Virus record (IMG/VR): IMGVR_UViG_3300029288_000001
Coordinates: 128,001 to 192,000 of that record
DNA: 64,000 nucleotides
DNA from: a virus
Lineage: Duplodnaviria > Caudoviricetes
Strand: one strand, 5' to 3'
The position numbers and the translations under genes are program-made. The notes beneath the pieces were generated by a model. It was not told the DNA's origin and searched no databases. It saw only the letters and a program-made list of their open reading frames with translations. How positions within the stretch are numbered: position 1 is the stretch's first letter; each line of letters opens with the position of its first letter. Shown here piece by piece: positions 1 to 8,930 of the stretch.

Positions 1-167
1 GTGGTCGTTTGGTAGAACTCGGGCTTCTTATCAGTCTTTACTGCGGTGCCAAGCTTTTGGATTATCGCTTCGGTCTCTTTGATACACGCCGAGCCTTTAT
101 GTCCTTCCGTTTCAACGCTTATTACATCGCCCGTTTCTTCGTTAAAATTAACAATTATCTTTGGTAT
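1..167 (-). CDS. DUF2997-like protein; runs off the window edge; ATA start; missed by the ORF track
   Basis: Translates as (M)PKIIVNFNEETGDVISVETEGHKGSACIKETEAIIQKLG...KPEFY, matching the DUF2997 pattern. SD GAGGTG lies 7 nt upstream of ATA, with an in-frame TAA two codons upstream. The usual DUF1257 and AAA partners are adjacent. Confidence 0.7.
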   Translation of the reverse strand, partial: MPKIIVNFNEETGDVISVETEGHKGSACIKETEAIIQKLGTAVKTDKKPEFYQTT

Positions 168-178
168 AGTTTACCACC

Positions 179-553
179 TCAATATTTTATCATTACAAGT
201 TGTTTCTTTCCGTTCGATTGGAGCATATAGCCCTTCTTCTTCGCCTCGGTGATAATGAGCGTATTGTTATATTCCCGCTTAAACTGCGCGATTAACTCTC
301 TCGAGTTCCGCACTATGAACGGGTCGCACACAATATCGTAAGTGCCAGCTTCGTTCTTCACGAAACCAATATCGTAATTACCACCTACCTTCGATTTTAC
401 CGCAATATTGACCATTTGGGTTTGACCTCCGTAGCCTCGAATGGTAGTGTTGTAAGCTACCTCCATCTTCAAATTCGCAAGAGCTTTGTTAATATATTCC
501 AGACTCTTGAGCATACATTTTACGGTAGTCATGTGGCTCATATTATTCGTCAT
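179..553 (-). CDS. DUF1257 (Ycf35-like) protein
   Basis: Motifs MSHMTTVK...AL..L, RGYGGQ, YDIGF and YDIVCD; lies in an operon with the Ycf46-like ATPase. Confidence 0.75.
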   Translation of the reverse strand: MTNNMSHMTTVKCMLKSLEYINKALANLKMEVAYNTTIRGYGGQTQMVNIAVKSKVGGNYDIGFVKNEAGTYDIVCDPFIVRNSRELIAQFKREYNNTLIITEAKKKGYMLQSNGKKQLVMIKY

Positions 554-2216
554 CCCCCTCTACATTGATTTTTCTTCCTTTTTTGGGCATTTCGACGTTA
601 AAATAATCCTTTGTCTCTTCTATCTTGGAACTCGCGAACCGCGCTTTTTCCGTAGCATATTTGCGATTGAAGTCGATCTTATCCTTTGCCGTCACGCTTA
701 ACGGTCGGAACTCTCGCAAGGATTTAACGAGGTCTTCTTGTTCAAGCTCGTTCCTGCCATCCGCGTAGTACCTTCGTATAGCTTCGCAGATCCGTTTCTC
801 TACTTCTGAGCCGGAGAACTCCTTGCCCTTCTCTGAGCTATATTTTACCAGCTCTTCAATATCGAACTTCTTAGGATCGCATTTATACTTCCGCAATTGA
901 ATGTTCCAAATCTCTCTCAGCTCGTTGGCGTTTGGGAGATCGACAAACCAGATGTCGTCAAACCGTCTAAAAAGCTCGGGAAATTTCCTCTCGATTAGCT
1001 GGATGTCGTTCGCGGTTGCCGCCCAGTAGATCGGGTCGGGACATTCTTGCATAAAAGTGAGCTGTTCTCCGAGAAGTCTTTTAGAAGTTCCTCCGTCCAG
1101 CTCTCCTCCTTCGCCCATCGCCTTGTCGATCTCATCCACGAGCACGACTACGGGAGATATAGCTCGTATGGTCTTGAACGCGATTCGTTGGTTGCTTTCG
1201 GATTCCCCTACGATCCCTCCGAGGAGAGCGGCATAGTTAAGCCTCAACAAAGGAAGCCCTACCTCCGTCGCGATCACCTTCGCGGAGAGCGATTTACCAC
1301 ATCCCGTCTGACCGAAAATAAGAACTCCCTTCGGAGGGGGAATGTCGTGCTTCCGCGCATCAATACTGAACGCGCGTTTCATCCGTAGAATGCTCGTTTT
1401 AAGAAGATCGAGACCTCCAAGCGATTGTATGCTTAAACTCGATGTGTCGTAGAACTCTAACGCTTGGTGTGCCATTTTCTTGATCTCCTCTTCTTTCGCC
1501 TTGATAATGAACGAAGGATTGAACCCTTGAAAGGAGATGTAGCTCTCCATCAATTTGGTTCGCATTATCTCCTCGGGAAGACCAGATAACGACCGTATTA
1601 CGGCTTCTCTCTCTCCGTTCTTGAGCGTGACCACGAGATTACCTCTTTTGAGATTGGCGATCACACCATCAACTATAAACTCGGTCTCGGCGGTGTCAGG
1701 AAACGGATAGTCTACTACTGAAATATCGCTTCTCAAACTCGGAGGCACGACTAAATTTGGAGCTATCAAAATCGCGCTCGAACCAGACCGCCTCAGAAAG
1801 AACGCGAGTTCCCTCAAGGCGCGTTGAACTTGGTTGTCGTTCTGGAGAATCTGATCTAAATCGTTAAAGAAAAATATACAACGGTCTTCCGTCTTGATCG
1901 TCCGCACCTTCTCCATAGCATTGGTAGCGGTTAAAGTGTTCTCATCAAACTTATTGAAGCTCGAAGCTAACGCCATCTCCCAAGTCGTGATCTTGTCTTC
2001 TTTTATTATTTCACGTAATCCCCGCGTTTGGCTCCAGACAAAATACCTGCGGGGTTCAAACCCGTCTTCCTTGTCCAGAACTTCAAATCCTTTTATAACA
2101 TTAGTCATAACCCGCACTTCCTCGGGACTAATAATAAAGTTCAATGGAACTTTAGCTCGAACGCGAGTCCTGACCATTTTTACAGTAGGATTAATAAACT
2201 CGTTATTTGTTGCCAT
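543..2216 (-). CDS. Ycf46-like AAA+ ATPase
   Basis: Walker A GQTGCGKS, Walker B VVLVDEIDK, VGESE pore loop, ATAND and RRFD, plus a degenerate N-terminal AAA domain. Confidence 0.9.
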   Translation of the reverse strand: MATNNEFINPTVKMVRTRVRAKVPLNFIISPEEVRVMTNVIKGFEVLDKEDGFEPRRYFVWSQTRGLREIIKEDKITTWEMALASSFNKFDENTLTATNAMEKVRTIKTEDRCIFFFNDLDQILQNDNQVQRALRELAFFLRRSGSSAILIAPNLVVPPSLRSDISVVDYPFPDTAETEFIVDGVIANLKRGNLVVTLKNGEREAVIRSLSGLPEEIMRTKLMESYISFQGFNPSFIIKAKEEEIKKMAHQALEFYDTSSLSIQSLGGLDLLKTSILRMKRAFSIDARKHDIPPPKGVLIFGQTGCGKSLSAKVIATEVGLPLLRLNYAALLGGIVGESESNQRIAFKTIRAISPVVVLVDEIDKAMGEGGELDGGTSKRLLGEQLTFMQECPDPIYWAATANDIQLIERKFPELFRRFDDIWFVDLPNANELREIWNIQLRKYKCDPKKFDIEELVKYSSEKGKEFSGSEVEKRICEAIRRYYADGRNELEQEDLVKSLREFRPLSVTAKDKIDFNRKYATEKARFASSKIEETKDYFNVEMPKKGRKINVEGDDE

Positions 2217-2989
2217 ATATTTTATTACCTCTTTTGTTTTTTAAATTTTGTCCACTACGATTTGTAATGGCTCTTGCCGGAACGGATCGGATAGGGTGAG
2301 GTGCCAGATTGTTAAACAAAAGAGGTAAAACAAAAATGGTCTTGCGGGGTATCGGATACCGTTCTTTCGGCTTCATAATTAGTTTTTTAAACCTCTTTTG
2401 ATTTTAATTTAAACAATAGTATAATACTAATAAAAAAAATAGTTTATTAAATTTTTGTTTTTTATTCCTATATTGGATACTTCCTCGCGGGAGTAATGAC
2501 CACGCATTTTTCGTGATACCACTCTCGCTCCGTATTGGGATAAATTACTTCCACCGCGTCGTTAGCGTCTAGTTCCTCTTCACACGCATCGCACACGACC
2601 TTTTCAGACATTGGATTTCCCATATTAATCTATATCCTCCACATCTTCGTCGGTAATCTCAAAGACCGTGTTTAACTGCTCAAGGGCTTTATTCAATCTC
2701 TCTCTCGCAAAGTCTATACCCTCGTTTCCCATATCTTCGAGATCGGCTAGGGCGTTGGAAATATTGCCCCATATCTCTAAGATATTATCTCGATTTGCGC
2801 TCTCGAAGTCCATTAGAACGCATCCTCCGAAGTGTTATTCTCGCATTCGTCATTGTTGCAGTGGACACAATCGTTGTTGCAGAAGTTATCGCATTCTCCA
2901 CAATTATTATTGCACACATCATTTCTTCCAAAATTAAAACAAAAACATTCTATTCCATCCATAACATTTTACCTCTTTATTTTTTTATG

Positions 2990-3025
2990 TGCCTTCCGCA
3001 GGACTCGAACCCGCACAGGAAGGCA
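2990..3025 (-). ncRNA. tRNA minihelix-like element (acceptor stem plus T-arm only)
   Basis: Sequence (T)GCCTTCC-tgt-GCGGG TTCGAGT CCTGC-GGAAGGC-A, intergenic. Confidence 0.6.
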
Positions 3026-3497
3026 TAATAGAAAAAAAGGTAGTTATTGTTTGGTGTTAGACTCTTTTCCGAATTTGACTCCCGCGAGAAAGTTATTCGC
3101 AACGACCACCGCCTTGTCCTCGTTCTTATTCGCTAAGGCAATGGTGTGTAGTAAAGTTTCTTTATCCTTAATTCTTTCTTTTATTTGTTGGAATTTCGGT
3201 ATCTCTACCATAGTTCTCTTACGCCTCCTTTAATTGATTTACCTTCCCTAAGAACTCTTCGCGGGAAAGTCGTATCTTCTTGTCCGCGCACACCTCGTTA
3301 AGGTGCTTTCCCGTAGTCTTACTCCAATCGTTCTTGCACACTAAAAGATCGCTCTTAGTCCTGACCGCGATCAAAATATCGTAGCTGTAATAAAAAGTTA
3401 TACCGCTCACCTCGATCGTAGAGAAATGAGGTGCTAGTTGTTTATAAGTGGGAATTACTACCATATAGTTTTATTACCTCCTTTGTTTGTTGTATTA

Positions 3498-3568
3498 TGC
3501 CCCTTGGAGGAGTTGCACCCCCGTCTCCGCGGTGAGAACGCGGTATCCTTCTTCTAGACTAAAGAGGC
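3498..3568 (-). tRNA. tRNA-Glu(CUC) with atypical D and T loops
   Basis: Acceptor GCCTCTT/AAGGGGC; anticodon arm CCGCG TT CTC AC CGCGG; T-loop TGCAACT; D-loop lacks GG. Confidence 0.75.
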
Positions 3569-4031
3569 GGTATTATTAGAAAGAAAAAAAATTAGAGGGT
3601 TTTATCGTATAGCGAAAAAAACAAATGCCAAAACGATTCCCTCATTATTTCACGATTCCCGCGTGGACATTCCTTGCCCTTGCACCTCGTATTCGTCTTG
3701 TCGCACTTCCCTTTTACCTTGTGCGAACATAAACAGATCGGGCGAAACACGGGTATTCCATCAATATCTACATAGCTTGTTTCCATATTTTCTCTACCCA
3801 CTTAAAATAATGGTTCGTTGAATCGGTTAAAATCGTGAGTTTTTATTTCTCTTTGTTGGAAATTAAAATGAAGCTGTCCTATTTTGCTGGAAAATTTATG
3901 AGTTCTAGAACATTCCGTGCAATAATATTCTCCTTTTCTCATTTCATATTACCTCTTTTATTTTTATTGCGTGGCTTCCTCTTCTCGGTATAAACAGGAG
4001 GGGAAGCAACTTAATAAAAAGAAAAAAATGG

Positions 4032-5260
4032 TTAAATAAATAGTTTCAATAATTCCGTAATTTCAGTAGGCTTAAAATCGGGATATACATCAACCTCGTC
4101 TTCCTTGATCTTAAACGCTTGGTTTAGTCCGACCACGATCGCTTCTAAATGCTTACGCAATCCTTCTCTACGCGCGATAAGTTCGGAATCTTTTAATTCG
4201 TAGAGATCAATACATACCTCGCAGATACGATTCCACGCGGTTAATACCGCGATCCTTTCTTTCGTTAAACCTTTGCTTAACCGACTTAATAGATCGTAAA
4301 GCGTGTGTCGGTTACGTTCGTGGATTTGTCTTTTTGATTTCTTATAACATTCAGAACACATTACAAGACCGCTTCCGAACTTCTTTCCTCCTACGGATTC
4401 TGCATCGTTCATATCGACCATTCGGTCACATTTATAACACCATACTTTTTCAACCATATCATTACCTCATTTTGTCGTTATTATTGCTATTAGAACTAAA
4501 AGATAAAAGATTATTTAAGATTATGCTTTCTACTTATACGCACCGCTCCTATAAGGGACGGAATCGCTAAATACGGCTCACTTTAGCGGCTTACTTCGTC
4601 TCAAACGATCCACGCGCACGATCTCGTTGTATCGCTCTTCTAAATCTGCCATTTCAGCGTCAGTCGTTAGCTCACCATTAAGCATTGCTTCGGTTTCAGT
4701 CGTAAGCCTAGTGTAGCAGAGATAACATAGTTTTAAATCTTGCTTGGAAATATCTATATCTGAGCCTTTCTGTTTGCGCTTCGTTTTCTTTATCTGTCGA
4801 TCTAGGTACTCAGCCCACTTAGCGTCTATGGTATTCTTACAAATATCACAACGCTCTTCTTGCTGTTTTCCCAGCCCTTTTTTATAGTTCATAATTGCTC
4901 TAAGTCCTCTACCCTTATCTCTTTGCGCGGTTGTCTCTTCCTTTTCGAAGACGCCTTCTTTTTCGTGCCACAATCGTCGCACAAGATATATGCGTCCGGT
5001 TGCAACCACCGGTTCGCAAACCCTCTTAGCGTAGAAGGGCTATATTTCGGATGTCTCCGTCTATAACTTTTTTTAAATCCTATTTCGCTCCCGCATTTAC
5101 AACACTTACGGCGCAGAGAAAAGGATACCTCGATTATTTCCTCCATTGGCTTCGACCACGAGATTTCAAACCCGCGCGTGAAGTATTCTAACTTCACTAT
5201 TTCGATCGGAGTGGCAATCCGATTATTCTCTTCCTTTTTTTCTTCTATTTGAAACGTCAT
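4032..5260 (-). CDS. Three small hypothetical zinc-finger proteins (4032-4457, 4578-5009, 4889-5260)
   Basis: Paired CxxC motifs; co-oriented with neighbouring genes; GAGGT SD before 4457 and 5260. Confidence 0.55.
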
Positions 5261-5420
5261 AAATAAACCTCTTTTGTTCTATTACTCTTTATATAATTAT
5301 TAACTGCTTAATATAACTCTAAAACACGATTAGACTTTTAAGCTTTATGCTTTTCTACTTATACGCACACCGTTTAATAGAGGGAAATGGATAAATACTC
5401 CGTAGATTTAATTTGTCGAT

Positions 5421-6044
5421 TCATACCTTTTTATAAATGTCTAAACTATCGTGAACTCCGAAATACTGCGGAATCCTGACATTTTCTAACCATTCGAAAC
5501 GATCGTCAAGGTATTCGAAGAACTCATCCGTAGCACAACAACCACACTTTCCTTCTCCGACTACTGCGAAATACTCCCCTTGAAACAATTTTAAACAATC
5601 CGTGCCCAGATCGCTCTCGTATGGCACCCAGCACAGAAACAGCGTTCTATGTTGGTTCTCGGGCAAGAGCAACTGTTCAACCGATCCCACTTTCACTTCG
5701 AACCACTTGCGATCGTTTCCTTTACATTGGTTTTCGTAAGGCTTAGAATCGAACGCTACGCAGTCCACCCCTACCTTACTCAACAGATAACACCAATACC
5801 CCGTTCCTGCGCCTATTTCAATCAACCCGTTCTTCGCGTAGTTCTCGATCGTGCGAATCGCCTTCGCGTTCGGGATTGCCCAGCTATACTTCTTTATCAA
5901 ATTCTCCCGTAGATAGAACAACCCAGTGGTTAGCTCTAACTCGTACCAAGAAAAATCGTAAGAACCTCTTTTCAATAAAATACTCTTGAACTGCTCTGGT
6001 ACATCCTGCCAATACTCTATATCGTCATCTATCGTAGTATTCAA
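5421..6044 (-). CDS. Class I SAM-dependent methyltransferase-like protein
   Basis: Motif I LIEIGAGTGYW, plus YSWAIP and LFLCW motifs. Confidence 0.75.
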   Translation of the reverse strand: MNTTIDDDIEYWQDVPEQFKSILLKRGSYDFSWYELELTTGLFYLRENLIKKYSWAIPNAKAIRTIENYAKNGLIEIGAGTGYWCYLLSKVGVDCVAFDSKPYENQCKGNDRKWFEVKVGSVEQLLLPENQHRTLFLCWVPYESDLGTDCLKLFQGEYFAVVGEGKCGCCATDEFFEYLDDRFEWLENVRIPQYFGVHDSLDIYKKV

Positions 6045-6072
6045 TCATCCTCCTGATTGTGTCGGTTTTTCT

Positions 6073-6576
6073 CTACAATTGTTCTAAACATTCTACATCT
6101 AACTCCTGCTGGTGCGCCCTTACATAATAACAAAATCGCTCGTAATACGATCGTATCTTATAAAAATTCGGAAACTGAGACTCTAACGCTTTAAACCTAT
6201 ACTTATGGTTCGGCTCTTCTAAATGACAGATCTCGTGCCAAATCACCATATCCACACATTCTTCGATCGCATACCTCATCTGGCTACACATCACAATTCT
6301 AAGACCTTTCCAATAACACCTTCCATAATAGCTCAATTTCACCTTATCCCCCCATTCGATCGTAACTAAGGATAGTCTCTTTTTACCCTCTATCGAAAAA
6401 TACCTATCGATCGTATCCTTCATTACCTCCTTCACCACCTCTAACCTACCCCTCAGATACTCCGTGCATCCCATACCCTTCTCCACCCCCTCCGTTCTCA
6501 CCTCTATACCCTCAAACCTTACCGATACTTCCCCCTCCCTCCTTATCCTCATTACCCCCCTCTCCGCTATTTTCAT
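6073..6576 (-). CDS. YgjP/M48-like zinc metallohydrolase
   Basis: VIWHEICHLEEPNHKYRF fits HExxH-x5-H. Confidence 0.75.
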   Translation of the reverse strand: MKIAERGVMRIRREGEVSVRFEGIEVRTEGVEKGMGCTEYLRGRLEVVKEVMKDTIDRYFSIEGKKRLSLVTIEWGDKVKLSYYGRCYWKGLRIVMCSQMRYAIEECVDMVIWHEICHLEEPNHKYRFKALESQFPNFYKIRSYYERFCYYVRAHQQELDVECLEQL

Positions 6577-6653
6577 ACTTAACCCTCTTTTGTCCTTTAC
6601 TTTTTACCCACCTTACTCTTACTTACTCTTTACTCGCTCGCACGATAAAACCA

Positions 6654-6704
6654 CTTTCCTACTTATACGCATCCCAACACCATACCCCTAATCGCTAAAT
6701 AGGC
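6654..6704 (+). repeat. Left copy of a 51-bp perfect inverted repeat
   Basis: CTTTCCTACTTATACGCATCCCAACACCATACCCCTAATCGCTAAATAGGC; the exact reverse complement is at 7868-7918. Confidence 0.95.
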
Positions 6705-7031
6705 AGTATTCTTGGTGGATCTGATGATTTCGGTTATTAAGCAGTTAGCAGTAAAGTTATAGTATATCGAATAACTCGTTATTTTAAGATAAGCTAGGGT
6801 TTTACGCTTACAACTAACACATAATAACATAGAAAAAAATCGATAAAAACGCGCGAAAAAGGGCTTTAAATTGATTTGAGTTTTAAACGCGAGATAAGAC
6901 ATAGAATAAGAGTTTAAATCGTATAATGCTTTAAAATTAATCGAATTACAGCAAAAAATAGAACCGTAAAACGATAAAAAGAGTTAAAAAGAGTAGTATA
7001 AAATCAAAAAAAAAGAAAAGTTGAGCTACGA

Positions 7032-7736
7032 TTACAGCTCTTCGAGTTGTTCGGGCGTAGCAGTGGATTTAGCTTTCGCGGGTGCTTTCGCGTTAGGGTG
7101 CGCGATCTTGAATGCATCAGAATGCTCTTTGCTGACTAGGTTCAATTGAGTGAAGAACCCTCGAACGTCGGCTTCAACTTCGGGCGCGATTTTGGGAAGG
7201 TCTATTTTAAGAATAGAGCATAACCCTTTTGCAGTCTCAAGGATTGTCTCGTAGGAATCGTAATTGCGCGATCCGATCCCGCAAGTCAGTTTAGAAGCTT
7301 TCGTAGTCTCTGGGTACGATCGTAATACGACCTTTTGTCCGCTTAACGCTACTGGGTGCGATGATTCTTTCTCTGCTAGGTAATTCGTTAAGAACGTAGT
7401 CATTACGCGATGTCTTACTTCTGTTTTCGTAGGCTTTTTGACTTCCTCTGCTTTACCCTCAATAACGGGTGTTTTTACCATATCGTTTTTCACCTCTGAG
7501 GTGTTTTCCTGCTTAACTTCTTCCGCTTTGGGTGTTTCAGAAGTTAAGACTTTTTCTTCAGTCTCGAATTTCGCTTTTATGAACGCGAAACCCTCTTTAG
7601 TCAATACAATGTTATCCTTCCCTTCCTTACGAAAGAAAGGCTTCGTGTTTCCCGCTTCTTTAAACGCGGTGTTTAACGCTTCGCGTTCGCTAGGAATTAA
7701 AGCGTTAAATTTAGTCATAATCTCTTCTTTTTGCAT
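7032..7736 (-). CDS. Hypothetical protein enclosed by the inverted repeats
   Basis: 234-aa ORF with a GAGGT SD; no recognisable motif. Confidence 0.7.
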   Translation of the reverse strand: MQKEEIMTKFNALIPSEREALNTAFKEAGNTKPFFRKEGKDNIVLTKEGFAFIKAKFETEEKVLTSETPKAEEVKQENTSEVKNDMVKTPVIEGKAEEVKKPTKTEVRHRVMTTFLTNYLAEKESSHPVALSGQKVVLRSYPETTKASKLTCGIGSRNYDSYETILETAKGLCSILKIDLPKIAPEVEADVRGFFTQLNLVSKEHSDAFKIAHPNAKAPAKAKSTATPEQLEEL

Positions 7737-7867
7737 AACAGTTTTTTACCTCGATCGTTTTTTTCGTTTAAACACAATTTTTATTGATGTAGGATTAGAA
7801 TTTACCCGCGTATTTAACCTTTTTTATCGGGCTTTTCGCACGAACTTGATCTCCGACCAAGACCACC

Positions 7868-7918
7868 GCCTATTTAGCGATTAGGGGTATGGTGTTGGGA
7901 TGCGTATAAGTAGGAAAG
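7868..7918 (-). repeat. Right copy of the 51-bp perfect inverted repeat
   Basis: Reverse complement of 6654-6704. Confidence 0.95.
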
Positions 7919-8201
7919 GAGTTTTGAAAAAAAAGAGAGCGGAAAAAAAAGGGTGGAAAAAAAAGAGAAAATAGGGAGGGGTAAAAACATAAGGGTGGGA
8001 GGGAGGGGTATTTAGTAAAGGGGGTATAGTAGGGACTGGTGCGTATAAGTCTAATTTAGTCGTGAGTCTAGAGTAGGAATAGGGGTTGTATTAAAGAGAT
8101 ATTAAAGAGGTAATAAAAATGTTTATAAGACTAGAATGTATTATAAAGAGTATTAAAAGAAGTAATAAAGGAGAATAGAACAAATAATAAAGGGAATATA
8201 A

Positions 8202-8426
8202 ATGGAAGAAAAGAGCGAGAATAAGGACAAGGGAAAGAAAGATAAGAAGACGACATTGATTCAGGTGGATAAGGGAGTCGCGAGTAAGTTAGCGTCGATG
8301 AGACCGTTGCCGAGGGCGACCTACAACGACGTGATCGTAAGGTTGATAGACGAGGTGGTAAAGTCGCGAAAGAGAATAAAGGAACTGACGGACGAAATCA
8401 ACGATCTAAAGAAAGAAAAAAAATAG
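8202..8426 (+). CDS. Ribbon-helix-helix/antitoxin-like DNA-binding protein with coiled coil
   Basis: TTLIQVDKGVASKL...TYNDVIVRLI pattern, typical of archaeal RHH proteins. Confidence 0.55.
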   Translation: MEEKSENKDKGKKDKKTTLIQVDKGVASKLASMRPLPRATYNDVIVRLIDEVVKSRKRIKELTDEINDLKKEKK

Positions 8427-8441
8427 GAGACGATCTAATCA

Positions 8442-8843
8442 ATGGGTATAGAAATCGTTGTTTTTCTGGTATTGTTAATCGCGTGGATGTATGGGTGTTA
8501 TCTTCTATCGAAAAGTCCAAGCTCGAACCGTCCGTATCCCTATTACGGACCGACGCAATACCGACAATATTATATTCCCCCTCCGTTAACGCCGATCCCC
8601 GACCGAGGGGTATACAAAGACGGTAAAGGATATTTACGGTACAGAAATAGCGATCGTCTGGTCCACCGAGATGTAGCGTATAGAGAGATTTACTTACCGA
8701 ATCGTAGGTATTACTCGCTACCGTTTGGACAATATCACGTTCACCACAAGGATCGCAACAAACTTAACAACGATCCCAACAATTTATTAATCGTAACGGA
8801 ACAGGACCATTTAGCGCTCCACGGACGGAAGGACTGGAACTAA
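8442..8843 (+). CDS. HNH endonuclease-like protein with N-terminal transmembrane segment
   Basis: LVHRDVA...VHHKDRNKLNNDPNNLLIV...H; roughly the first 22 residues are hydrophobic. Confidence 0.8.
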   Translation: MGIEIVVFLVLLIAWMYGCYLLSKSPSSNRPYPYYGPTQYRQYYIPPPLTPIPDRGVYKDGKGYLRYRNSDRLVHRDVAYREIYLPNRRYYSLPFGQYHVHHKDRNKLNNDPNNLLIVTEQDHLALHGRKDWN

Positions 8844-8930
8844 AAAAAGATTTTTACGATCGTTATTATCGTTTTAATACTATTCTTTAAATGTAAAACA
8901 CGTTTTTTACCCTAGTAGAGACGAGTATAT

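Noticed and set aside
3974-4007. Intergenic hairpin as a further tRNA-like element
   Set aside because: It has no T-loop and pairs better on the antisense strand; function cannot be supported.
6654-7918. IS element or MITE
   Set aside because: The enclosed ORF has no transposase motif, no target duplication is seen, and parts of the repeat recur as dispersed motifs.
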